From Candidatus Marinacidobacterales bacterium (GTDB lineage: Bacteria > Acidobacteriota > Vicinamibacteria > Marinacidobacterales > SMYC01): a stretch of 64,000 bases of DNA. The DNA lies in the NCBI GenBank assembly GCA_965237955.1, contig OZ250169.1:1536001-1600000 (forward strand). Direction: 5' to 3'. The position numbers were made by a program, and so were the translations under genes. The notes under the pieces are model-generated. The model was given only the letters and a program-made list of their open reading frames with translations. It searched no databases and was not told the origin of the DNA. This document shows, in pieces, positions 1 to 10,029 of the stretch (position 1 is its first letter; every line of letters begins with the position of its first letter).

Positions 1-541
1 CAACCCGCCGATCCAAAGAAGACGTTTGTCAGCTTTTTCCCGGGGTTCAGAATATACTTTCACCCCCGAGTCAGACTCGTGGTCGAAGTGGGTTTTCGGA
101 ACCAGGACCGGCCGACGGTTGGAGCCGTCGAGCTGGGGGTTGCTTTCTAAGGACACCAACTCAGGGCTGGGCGGGTGCTTGCGCTGTTCGCGGTGCTTCC
201 GCCGTCTACTGTTGGCGATCCGTACGTATCCCCATGCGAGCAAAGCGATTATGCCCGGTTTGAGGCAAGCTGGACTCGACAACGTCTAAATGGACTGTAA
301 GCTATTGAACCGTAGTGTCTAAAAGTCCATCTCCGCAACACTTAATGACGGAAGCACCGTAAAAGCGGTTTCTCATTTATTATTAACACCTCCTCTTGCC
401 CATATTCAACAGAACATTTCCTGACGCTCATACCTATCGGTCGGCCGACGACGAGGGATTCGAACGGTGAAGCACTCGGAGCACCGAGCGCAACCACTTA
501 GGAGCTATATTTCATGGTGAGATTGCGCCCTTGGAGGTGTC

Positions 542-769
542 GTGGCGAAGCTCGGATACTCACGACAGGGCCGGAACGTGAGTGGCGAGAGTTGGGCAGC
601 TCGCGAGATGCGAGGACGATCAGAAGCGAGCCACGGCGAATCCACGCCCGCGTTGGAAGTGGAACCCGAGGATCTAAAACTGGCTTTGCAACGGTGGGAA
701 GACGAAGGTGGGAGCGCGGCCGGGACGGATGGGCCACGTTCGTCGAATTCAGCGACGGGAAGGCGATAA
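542..769 (+). CDS. small hypothetical protein with a C-terminal 'LQRWEDEGG' motif
   Basis: GGAGG Shine-Dalgarno at 533-537 before the GTG; the RWEDEGG motif resembles small 'RWENEGG'-type hypothetical proteins (from recall). Confidence 0.45.
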   Translation: MAKLGYSRQGRNVSGESWAAREMRGRSEASHGESTPALEVEPEDLKLALQRWEDEGGSAAGTDGPRSSNSATGRR

Positions 770-883
770 TGGAAGGTTGTTAGATCGAAAACTCCACGAG
801 ATAACCATTCGATAGTCTGAGCGAACCCTGTTTCGCAATCGTTTAGTCCGAAGAGGGACGATAGCGCCATGAGGTGATTCCCG

Positions 884-1315
884 ATGAGAAGAGATGACTT
901 CCCCGCGCCACGTGAAGAGATGGTCCTCACGCATTTCTTAACCGTCGAGGATCTGGACCGCGCACGTGCTTTCTACGCCGATGTGCTCGGCGGCCAGGTT
1001 GTACTTGAACGGGATCCGTGCGTTATCAAGCTCGCCAACACGTGGGTGATCCTCAACGTGGGCGGCGGCCCGACCGACGACAAACCCGACGTGACATTAG
1101 CCCCCCCGACCGACCTCAAGAAGGTCGGCAGTTTCATGAACATCCGAGTGGCTGATATCAAGGCCAAGTACGAAGAGTGGCGTTCCAAGGGCGCGGAGTT
1201 CCTGACGCCGCCTATCGATCGAGGTCCGGAGATCCGGTGCTACATGCGTGATCCCGACGGGTACCTCATCGAGGTTGGCGAGGCGACTGGGATCCTGAAA
1301 ATGCTTGCCGATTAG
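884..1315 (+). CDS. VOC family (glyoxalase/bleomycin resistance) protein
   Basis: 143 aa; motifs HFLTVEDLDRARAFY and CYMRDPDGYLIEVG. Confidence 0.9.
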   Translation: MRRDDFPAPREEMVLTHFLTVEDLDRARAFYADVLGGQVVLERDPCVIKLANTWVILNVGGGPTDDKPDVTLAPPTDLKKVGSFMNIRVADIKAKYEEWRSKGAEFLTPPIDRGPEIRCYMRDPDGYLIEVGEATGILKMLAD

Positions 1316-1394
1316 CGCGCAAACGAGTGCTGCTTTTCCCGTGAAGATGACCGCACGGTCAGCCGCGAGCCTATCAACGCACGACTAATTCATT

Positions 1395-2043
1395 GAGGTA
1401 AACCCCCGGCTCTGCCGGGGTGACTCCCAGAGGTTTGACCGTGTAAGGAAGTAGGAAAGAAAGTCCTCCTTGGAAAGCGCGAACTTCCAAACAAGGAGGA
1501 CTACCAAGGTGAAAGAATACAAGAGCCTATCCCACACACGATGGGACTGCAAATATCACGTTGTGTTCATCCCGAAGTACCGAAGGAAGAAGATGTATGG
1601 TGCAATCAGAACGCATCTGGGAAAGATTCTCCACGAGCTGGCGAAACAAAAAGAGGCCCGGATTCTGGAGGGCCACTTGATGTCGGACCACGTCCACATG
1701 TGCATCAGCATCCCACCGAAGTTTGCGGGTGTCGAACGTGGTGGGGTTCATCAAAGGCAAGAGTGCGATCTCGGTGGCACGGAACTTCCGCGGACGCAGA
1801 CGCAACTTCACCGGCGAAAGCTTCTGGGCACGCGGTTACTTCGTGTCGACCGTAGGCTTGGACGAAGAGATGGTCCGCAAGTACATTCCAAGAGCAGGAG
1901 GACCAACGTCTGGACCAGCTGAATATGGACTGGTCGGGCTCGTAGTTGGGGAGCAAGATCGCCCCCTTTAGGGGGCTCATGAACAGCCCCTTCGAGGGGC
2001 TCTTATGAATAGGCCCCCGGCTTTGCCGGGGGTCACTTTAACT
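1395..2043 (+). mobile_element. IS200/IS605-family element (IS200-like, tnpA only)
   Basis: Subterminal hairpins ccccggctctgccgggg (~1404-1420) and cccccggctttgccggggg (2014-2032) flank a Y1 transposase; exact ends uncertain. Confidence 0.8.
1509..1945 (+). pseudogene. tnpA: IS200 Y1 (HUH) transposase TnpA, frameshifted
   Basis: CKYHVVFIPKYRRK and DHVHMCISIPPK in one frame; VSNVVGFIKGKS...FWARGYFVSTVG in another; a second shift precedes QEQED. Confidence 0.85.
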
Positions 2044-2350
2044 GACCTTTACATCGGACGCCGTCCGATGGAGGTCGTGATTCAGAGGTACCTAGAGCAA
2101 CTACCGGGCCCGATGAAGGAATTTCGTGCTGAACGGGAGCTGAACCGGCCTTCAAGCTCGGACCTCACCGGAAGAGGATTGCCAAGAGCATCAACAGAGC
2201 CTGAGCCACTAGACCGAGGACGAACCAGCCCATCTGCGGCAAGAGCCTTCGGCGGCGGCGGAAACCGGCCAGGGCGCCCGCCGCCACCAGGGCGAAGGAG
2301 CGTCGGAGCGACAAACAAGCCGATGCTCCAGGCGCCGAGCACCACAGGAG

Positions 2351-2662
2351 TCAGAACGCACCCGCGGTTGTCCACGTTGCGTTACCCCAGAGCGGAGAAG
2401 CAGGAGCGCGGTTTGCGGACACGCTGATTAGTCCGCACAATCCGAGCGCTACGATCTCCAGCAGATAGCCGGCAGGAGGCGACCAGAGGCTGCGACAGGC
2501 CAGCGTTGGCGCGTAGGCCGACGAGTTCAGGTAGCCCCACCACTGCCAGGAAGCCCAACCAGCCGCAACAGCAGCGAAGGCCGCGAGCAGGATTTCGACA
2601 ACCCGCATCAGGAGTGCTCGGCGCCGAACATATCCGCTTCGCGCACATACCACAATCCGCAC
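2351..2662 (-). CDS. hypothetical membrane protein or fragment
   Basis: Two hydrophobic stretches; no recognised family. Confidence 0.3.
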   Translation of the reverse strand: MRIVVCARSGYVRRRALLMRVVEILLAAFAAVAAGWASWQWWGYLNSSAYAPTLACRSLWSPPAGYLLEIVALGLCGLISVSANRAPASPLWGNATWTTAGAF

Positions 2663-2789
2663 ACGAAGCCGCTCTCAGGCTCGGTAAACTTCTGCCCGCC
2701 GAGCCGCGAAGGATGACCACGGCGCTCGAGTGGTAGACGCTGAATTTCCCCTCTAGCGCCGTGGTGGGGGTCTTGTAGCCCGTGAGTGA

Positions 2790-3299
2790 TCAGCGATGAT
2801 TAGATTTCCCTTGTCCCCCTGTCTGCTCGAACAGGTCGACTCTCCGATCCGACGTTTCACAGCCGATGGGGCCTACGACACGCGGTCGGTGTACGAGCTG
2901 CTCGGTGAGGTCGGCACCGCGGACATCAAGTTCGTGATCCCACCTCGACGAGGGGCGGTGCCTTCGGACGGCGCCGAGGGCACGTGGGCGCAGCGGAACG
3001 CAACCCTCGAGACGATTCGCAATGTCGGGTGCCAAGGCTTGCAGCGGGAGTCACGGTATCGACGACAGGGCGGACAGGGCGCCGTCGAGAATCTTTGCTT
3101 CAGGTACAAGCGCACGCTCGGAAACAGCCTTCGTGCGCGCGCGGCTACGAATCGCAGAAGCAGGAGGCAAGGATCGGGTGCAATGTATTGAACCGGATGG
3201 TTGAGCTGGGCAAGCCTGAATCCCAAGCGATCGTCGGGGAGTAAGTTGGGCCGCCAAAAGGATCCGTGCGTGTCCCGAACTGATTCATGCACCAACGCC
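2790..3299 (+). mobile_element. IS5-family (IS903-like) 3' remnant with degraded transposase
   Basis: FTADGAYDT motif, 'VENLCFRYK', 'EARIGCNVLNRM'; end sequence gattcatgcaccaacgcc (3282-3299) is related to the TIR of the intact IS5 copies. Confidence 0.8.
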
Positions 3300-3483
3300 T
3301 CTCGGCGGCCAGCCCGGCAAGCTCCTCCAGACCCAGCTCACCTCGCTCGAAGGCGGCGCCCTTTCCCGAATCGTAGCTCTCGTAGCGCTCCTTCTTTCCC
3401 TCCACGTAGCCGGAGCGATCCAGGATCTTGCTGGCGACGAGAAGGCCGCGCGCGAGTGTATCCATTGCGCTGATGTGTCCGGC
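3300..3483 (-). pseudogene. xylA: xylose isomerase C-terminal fragment
   Basis: GHISAMDTLARGLLVA...ERYESYDSGKGAAFERGELGLEEL resembles the class II XylA C-terminus; both ends are missing. Confidence 0.7.
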
Positions 3484-3487
3484 CCGG

Positions 3488-5104
3488 CTAGGACGTTCTC
3501 GAAGCGGTCGGCAAGGTAATCGTAAACGTTGTCCCTTTGCCGACGGTGCTCTCCACGGCTATGTTACCCCGGTGCTTCCGAATGATATTATGACTAATCG
3601 ACAGGCCTAGCCCGGTTCCGATGCCGACTCCCTTGGTCGTAAAACCGGGGTCGAAGATTTTGTTTAGTCTCTCCGGTGGGATACCTCTTCCCGTGTCCGT
3701 GATTTTGACATAGACGTTCGCGGCGTCCGTCGAAGTCTTGATCCGTATCGTGCCCTTTTTCTCAATGGCCTGAACCGCATTCGAGAGGAGATTCATAAAG
3801 ACCTGGTTCAACTCCTGGGGATAACAATAGATCGGTGGAATATCGCCATAGTTCCGCTTCACTTCGGCCTTGTTCTTCAGTTCGTGTTGCAACAGCGTCA
3901 GCGTACTATCGAGTCCCTCGTGAATATCGGCCTTGTCAAGCTCCGCCTCGTCCAGTCGGGCAAAAGTCTTCAGACTTCGAATGATTGTCGAGATTCTGTC
4001 ACTTCCCTCGACTGCGATATCGACGTTTTCCGTAAGCAGTCGTATTGCCGTTTGAAAACGTCTGTTGTCTAGAATGGCCTGCGTAGAGTTTTCTTGCTCA
4101 ATGATTTCTTTCAGCTGTTCGACACACCGTCTCGAAACATCGGAGGCGCTCCTCACGGCCCCCATCGGATTGTTGATCTCGTGCGCCACACCGGCGACGA
4201 GGTTACCGAGCGACGCCATCTTCTCACGCAACACCAGTTGATTCTGGGTCTCTTTGAGCCGAAGAAGCGTAGCCTCGAGCTCTGCGGTACGCTCGTGCAC
4301 ACGCTGTTCAAGCTCAACATTCAGCTTGCGAATCTCTTCTTCGGCCTTTACAAGCTCCGTAACATCCAGCCCCGTTCCCACCATCCGGATCGGATTATTA
4401 GCCTCATCCGTAGTAACCTCACCGCGTCCCTGAAGCGTGCGAATCGTGCCATCCGGACGAACGATCCGGTGATAGAACTCAAGTGGCGTAAGGTTTTGAT
4501 ACGACGTATCCACCAGACCCCTGACACGTTCGCGATCATCAGGATGGACGCGTTCCAGGAAGCCTTCATACGAGGCCGCAAATTCTTCGGGGTTGAGGCC
4601 ATAGATCTTGTACAACTCATCGGACCAGGTGACGACATTTGCACGAATATCCCACTCCCAGATACCGAGATGAGCGACCCGCTGCGCTTCCAGGAGGAAT
4701 CGCCTGTTTTTCTCGAGTTTCTCCGCCGCTTTTCTGCGCTCGGCGTGGTCGCGAACAAAGCTGCAAATGTATTCCTTGCCATCGAGCTCGATAAAGTTGT
4801 TTGTGACGCCTACGGGGATAATATGACCATCTTTTCTGCGATGCTCGGCCTCGAAGTTGTGCACGCGTGTTTCCTTTAGCTTCCCCCAATACCTCGCCCC
4901 TCTTTCCGCCGAGTAGTCGACGAGGATGTCATAGATTGTCGCGGAGAGTAGCTCATCCCGTGTGTAACCGAGCAACTGGCACGCGGCCTCGTTGACGCGG
5001 AAAAGGCGAAAATCGGTGTCGATCCAAAGAATCGCGTCTGCAGCTCTTTCAATCGTAAAGTGGGAGAGTCGCTGCTCTTGACCGTTCTCTTTTGCAGTGC
5101 TCAT
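3488..5104 (-). CDS. PAS/PAC-domain sensor histidine kinase (HisKA + HATPase_c)
   Basis: H-box VAHEINNP, N-box NQVFMNLLSNA, G1 DTGRGI, G2 GTGLGLSI; two PAS domains. Confidence 0.92.
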   Translation of the reverse strand: MSTAKENGQEQRLSHFTIERAADAILWIDTDFRLFRVNEAACQLLGYTRDELLSATIYDILVDYSAERGARYWGKLKETRVHNFEAEHRRKDGHIIPVGVTNNFIELDGKEYICSFVRDHAERRKAAEKLEKNRRFLLEAQRVAHLGIWEWDIRANVVTWSDELYKIYGLNPEEFAASYEGFLERVHPDDRERVRGLVDTSYQNLTPLEFYHRIVRPDGTIRTLQGRGEVTTDEANNPIRMVGTGLDVTELVKAEEEIRKLNVELEQRVHERTAELEATLLRLKETQNQLVLREKMASLGNLVAGVAHEINNPMGAVRSASDVSRRCVEQLKEIIEQENSTQAILDNRRFQTAIRLLTENVDIAVEGSDRISTIIRSLKTFARLDEAELDKADIHEGLDSTLTLLQHELKNKAEVKRNYGDIPPIYCYPQELNQVFMNLLSNAVQAIEKKGTIRIKTSTDAANVYVKITDTGRGIPPERLNKIFDPGFTTKGVGIGTGLGLSISHNIIRKHRGNIAVESTVGKGTTFTITLPTASRTS

Positions 5105-5569
5105 TGGGGCTCCCGTCAATAGGTAACACACCAAGACATGGAAGACGAGGGTTCTTGAATTATAGAATCGACTCGTGATTCTCGCGTTATTTCAGCAGGA
5201 CCATCCGGCGAGTCTGGTCGACATCCGGCGCCGTCAAACGATAGAAATACACACCGGATCCCACCGTTCGTCCGGCGGGTGCTTCCGTCAAGAAGCGTTG
5301 GCGCAATGAAGTTAAGGCTTTATGGTGCAAGGGCTTACAGTCAAGTTGGGCCCTGTCGACTTCGGTTCGCGTTAAACTCGGCGTAAGCGCGTTCTTTGCG
5401 AGAGAAATGCGTACACATCACCAACAGTAGACGGCGGAAGCACCGGGCGAACCCTACCTACGCCGGGAAATGGCAGGCCACAAAGTGCCCTGGGGCGATC
5501 TCGGTGACGTCCGGAGGTCGAAGAATACGTGCGTCCAACGCAGCTACGCGGACTTGCTGGAGGTAAACG

Positions 5570-5821
5570 CTAATGCCTCGTCGGCAGGTGAACCGTTCTC
5601 ATGGGGAGCTCGGCAGAGCCGTCGATGCACTCGAGTCGACCGTTGGAGACTTTCCAATCTTGAAGGCGGTTGGCCCAGAGCTCAGGGCCTACCCATGTGC
5701 GATCGGCATTGACCGGCCACTGGATTGAGAAAGGATTGATGCCGGCATCTTTCGAGCAGCCGACGAATGTGATGGCCATCACAAAAACAGCTCGAGCGCA
5801 GAAACCATAGAGTCTCATCAT
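5570..5821 (-). pseudogene. N-terminal fragment of a large lipoprotein (PhoD-like phosphatase family likely)
   Basis: Lipobox FVGC; WVGPELWANRLQDW...RLEC...PMRTVHL, then an early stop. Confidence 0.5.
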
Positions 5822-5898
5822 GGGGCCATTGGTATCAGGTCCTCATCAATACAACTGCCGGTTGACGAAGTCTCGAGAGATCAATTACGCTCACGGCC

Positions 5899-7425
5899 AT
5901 GCTCAGGTTCCGGTCGACGCTCGTTAGAGGACTTTTGCTTGTTCTAGTGGTGACGGTTAGTTGTTCCCAACCCGAAACGATCCCATCGAGACCCAACATC
6001 CTGCTCATTTATACCGACCAGCAACGCTTCGATACCATTGGTCGGCTCGGCAACAATCTCATTCAAACGCCCCATTTGGATCGACTCGTCGACGAAGGTG
6101 TCGCCTTTACTCACGCGGTCGTCCCGACGCCGGTGTGCTCGCCGTCTCGCTGGAGTCTCATGACCGGGCAATGGTCCACGACTCATCAGCGCTACTCCAA
6201 CCACCACGAGCCTCCGAGGCCGGCAACGGATTTGGTCAAGGAGTTGCGAGGGGCCGGGTATCGGACCGGGCTCTCGGGCAAGAACCATACGTTTCTCGAA
6301 GCCGAGGACTTCGATTTCTGGGAAGAGAAACCTGAGCCTTTGGACCCAGTGGCATCGCGGGAACGGCGCCGCTGGATGGAGTCCGTCGGGAAGAAGTACC
6401 CGCGGCTTGCGGAGGAAGCCGTCCCCGGCGGCATCGAAGCCGACCCGGCACACGCCAAGACCGACGCGGCCTTACGCTTCATTGAAGCCGATGATGGGCG
6501 ACCGTTCTTCCTTTGGCTTTCGTACAACCATCCCCATTCGCCGTACATGGTGCCCGAGCCTTTTTTCAGCATGTACAAAAACGTGACGCTGCCCGAGCCG
6601 GCTATAGAAGCTCAGGGGCTCGAAGCCGCCGGAAAGCCCTTTCGCCAGCAGTATCATCAAAAAAACAACGACGCTGTTGTGCCCTTCACCTCTGAGCAAG
6701 TCCGTCTCATGCGACAGGTCTACTACGGACAAATCTTTCTCCTGGATCGCGAGATCGGTCGGGTGCTCGACTATCTCGAGCAAAAAGGGCTTGCCGAGAA
6801 CACTCTCGTGGTCTTTACGAGTGACCACGGCGATTACATGGGCGATCACGGCTTGATGGCCAAAAGCCCAGCCATGTACGACTGCCTCGTGAGGGTACCG
6901 TTCCTCGTGCGTTGGCCCGGTCACATCGACGGGGGGCGGAGAGACACTCGCTTCGTATCCCATGTCGATCTGATGCCGACGTTTCTCGAAGTCGCCGGTC
7001 AACCGATTCCTAACTCGGTTCAAGGTGCGAGTCTCGTACCTCTTCTGAGAGATGGAGGACAGGGCGAATCAGTTCGTTCCTCGGCCTATAGTGAGTATGG
7101 TGTCCCCGGCGCCCCGTACGATGAGTCCCGTCTGGCTCAGGAAGGACTGGCTGATAAACCCTACGTCAATCCGTCTGATGATCGCCTGCCGTGGGAGGCG
7201 AATCCCGTTGCTCTGTCCGGCCGCTTCCGCATGATCCGAACGCATCAGTTGAAGTACGTCGAAGAGGTCGGCGGCACGTGCGAGCTTTATGATTTGGAAA
7301 ACGATCCCGATGAGCTCGTCAATCTGTGTCGCAGAAATGAGCACCGCGAAGTGCGGGATCGTTTAGCAGGACGACTCAACGAGTGGAAGCGCGGACTCCC
7401 GGGGATCGAGCTCGATGAACAATGA
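5899..7425 (+). CDS. formylglycine-dependent sulfatase (lipoprotein)
   Basis: PNILLIYTDQQR, CSPSR catalytic motif, SDHGD, LYDLENDPDE; signal with lipobox-like VSC. Confidence 0.95.
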   Translation: MLRFRSTLVRGLLLVLVVTVSCSQPETIPSRPNILLIYTDQQRFDTIGRLGNNLIQTPHLDRLVDEGVAFTHAVVPTPVCSPSRWSLMTGQWSTTHQRYSNHHEPPRPATDLVKELRGAGYRTGLSGKNHTFLEAEDFDFWEEKPEPLDPVASRERRRWMESVGKKYPRLAEEAVPGGIEADPAHAKTDAALRFIEADDGRPFFLWLSYNHPHSPYMVPEPFFSMYKNVTLPEPAIEAQGLEAAGKPFRQQYHQKNNDAVVPFTSEQVRLMRQVYYGQIFLLDREIGRVLDYLEQKGLAENTLVVFTSDHGDYMGDHGLMAKSPAMYDCLVRVPFLVRWPGHIDGGRRDTRFVSHVDLMPTFLEVAGQPIPNSVQGASLVPLLRDGGQGESVRSSAYSEYGVPGAPYDESRLAQEGLADKPYVNPSDDRLPWEANPVALSGRFRMIRTHQLKYVEEVGGTCELYDLENDPDELVNLCRRNEHREVRDRLAGRLNEWKRGLPGIELDEQ

Positions 7426-7577
7426 CTCTCGCAAGGCTGCGACGCCGAAGCGAGCAATTCGAATAAGGAAACTTCATGCGAGGTCGCCATCGTAGGTTTC
7501 TTTCTCATCTTTCTTATATTTCAAGACTCAGAGCCCAACGACTGGGAAAACGAGGCTGTCTTCGAGCGCAACAAAGA

Positions 7578-8400
7578 ATCAATAGGAAATCAATAGGAAA
7601 AATCAAGGTCTGTTGGCGTGCCGGGGAGAGGCAGAACTCCATTTTGAGGGGGGTTCGCATGAGTCGTTGGTCAAAGCGGAGCTGAGTCCGACGCGCGGCA
7701 AGCGGAATTCACGCGGAGCGGAGCTGCTAGTCCCCTGGATCTTTGATTACTATACAAAGTTAGGCTTTTCGCCAGCCCATAAGATTCATAAGATTCATGC
7801 ACTTAGAATGGTTTCGGCAAGCTCTGCTTTATCTAGTTTGTTCTGATACAGGGGACTAGCTCTGATTGAGACACAGCCTCGAGACCCTGTTTTTTTCCTC
7901 AGAGCACGCGCTCTCGAGGCATAGGCCCCGTAGTCATGAATATATGTTTGCGCGGCTTGGGAATCGTCCGCATTCGGGCTCCTTCGAGGGTATGAGATGT
8001 TGCGGGGCTGCTTCGAAGGTCTACCCACCGCAAAATCTGGGTGAGGACGCGAGCGATAAACTCGAAGACATCGAGGGTCTCTCCGTCGGGATGGTTGAAC
8101 AAGCTCAACAGGCTCAACGGGGTGTCGTTGTTCGAGGCCTTGGCTTGGTAGAAGAGCGTGCGTGCGCCTTCAGTCCAATGGATGCGTGACAAGGAGAGAG
8201 GGCATCTCAACATGTAGCGCCCGAGTCTCTCAAGACCATCGGAGTCTTGAGGCCAAACGGTCGGAGAAGTGTCGACCGAGAAACCGCTATGTCGAAATGA
8301 GTTCAACAGCTCGATGCGTTCGTCACTCAAAAGTTGTTGACGCTCGAGGAAGTGGAGAATTTTGTGGCGGAACAACTTCTCGGCGGCGTACTTGGTGGCG
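7578..8400 (-). mobile_element. IS91/ISCR-like rolling-circle element remnant (Y2 transposase 3' part and putative oriIS)
   Basis: LERLGRYMLRCPLSLSRI...FEFIARVLTQI..PKPRKH..YGAYASRAR; TTTCCTAT motif on the minus strand at ~7581-7602. Confidence 0.7.
7731..7855. mobile_element. 125-bp MITE, copy 1 (CTAG target duplication)
   Basis: CTAG|TCCCCTGGATC...GATACAGGGGA|CTAG; near-identical copies at 27829 and 50488. Confidence 0.9.
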
Positions 8401-8474
8401 GAAGCACCTAAAAATCGATGACGCCTTCGCCGTGTTCGATGCTCTGCTTTATGACATGCTGGAGTTCTAGAGGA

Positions 8475-10029
8475 TTACCGAGCTCCGATCTGACCGCGGA
8501 TTTCTCCTTCGGGATTCGTGGTTGTATGAACGCTCAAGTAGAGCTCGCCGTTTCCGAGTGCGGCGAGGAAACCAGAGAAATCTCCCGCGAACGGGCCCAC
8601 GAGATCGGCTTCGGTGAGGTTCCCTCGAGTCAATCGACCGCTGACGCGGCCGTCTGGGGCGGCCGGCCCGTAGAGCGTCGCGACGATGGGGCCGTTCTCG
8701 TTCGGGAGGCCGGCGCGAATGTGCGCTTCGGTTACGTCATCGATGCGGCGGACGGCGAGTACGTGCCTGAGCTCGATGTCACCTGGTAGCAATCGCAAAT
8801 TCAGCGCCCCTTTGGCACGCGTGTCTACGAACGTATTGTTTCCATCAACGTCCTGGGCGACAACTTGCGTGCCCTTCAGCCGGGCTCTGAACCTCCGCGC
8901 GCCCGAGCGGAGAGGCGTCACCGTGACGCGGACCGTCGGGCCGCCCCAGCCATGGGTCGATGGAACCAAGTCGTCTCCGCCGCCAACGCCGGCATGCGGA
9001 AAGATGCGCCCGCCTTCTGCGAGAGTGGGATCGCTCACGAACGTACCCGCGTCCGCAGACGTGACCCCAAGGAAAGATTGACAAGCCGGTACGAGGTCGG
9101 CGAAGTCCTCGGTGTTGATCTCGGTGCCGGCGTCTCTGACGCCGGGGAAATACACGCTCACGCCCCTCGTCGGCAAACTCACCCGATTGAGTCCGGTGAA
9201 TCCGTCGTTCGTGCACACCAGCTTGGACGCCACCGAAAGGAACTTGGCACGCTGGTTGGCTTCGATGAGGATGTTGGTCGAGCTACCAAGAAGTGTCCCT
9301 CCCGGATCGCTCCCGGGCACGAGCGCTCCGGTCGCTCCGGTGGCGATATCGGAGACGCGGGCATCAGCGCCAAGCCATGTCACGAGCGGGGCACTATCAC
9401 CGTTCTCGGCGAGCGCCTGAATCTCCGCGCTTGCGGGGCGACGAGGCCGGTAAAGCCGCACGCGGCCGGTGTGGGTCGCCACCACCGGCGCGGTGAGCGC
9501 TTGACCCCCGGTAAGGTTCTCGACGGTGACGCGATAGGAGTACTGAGGGGCTTCGACCGCGACGAAGCTCGCGTCGACGGCCAGATCATCCGGTGACGAC
9601 ACATGCGGCGCTACCACTGCACGCTCCGGTCCATGAGACGAACGTCGAGCCACTCGTCGGGATCGCTGTCAGTGTCACCCTGGTGCTGTGAGGATAACTC
9701 TCCGAGCAGTCGCTGCCGCAGCTGATGCCCGGAAGTCCACTCACGATCGTCCCCGCGCCGTCACCAGACGTGGTGACCGTCAGCGTTCGAGAACCCGGGT
9801 CGGTGATCGCTTCGCGGAGGTCGAGTCGCGGCTTGGTGATGCCGTTGCGGAAATCGGTGACCGGGTTACCCGAAGTCTTCAATGCTGCTTCGACGGTCGG
9901 GACCGTTGCCGACGGGTCGAGCTGTTTGAACACCGCCCACGCACCGGTAACGTGCGGGGCCGCCATCGACGTCCCGCTGAAGCTGGCGAAGCCTCCGAGG
10001 GGAACCGAGGAAGTGACGCGCACGCCCGG
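8475..10029 (-). pseudogene. S8 subtilase C-terminus + divergent InlB B-repeat + spondin_N + CHRD domain protein, truncated by IS5 and frameshifted near 9590
   Basis: SGTSMAAPHV catalytic Ser motif; TLTVTTSGDGAGTIVS...CGSDC repeat; YRVTVENLT..TNDGF spondin; AHIR..YLSVHT..GEIRGQI CHRD. Confidence 0.75.

Noticed and set aside
1945-2043. tnpB/IscB with omegaRNA in the IS200 element
   Set aside because: The right-end hairpin follows tnpA within ~100 bp; there is no room or RuvC ORF
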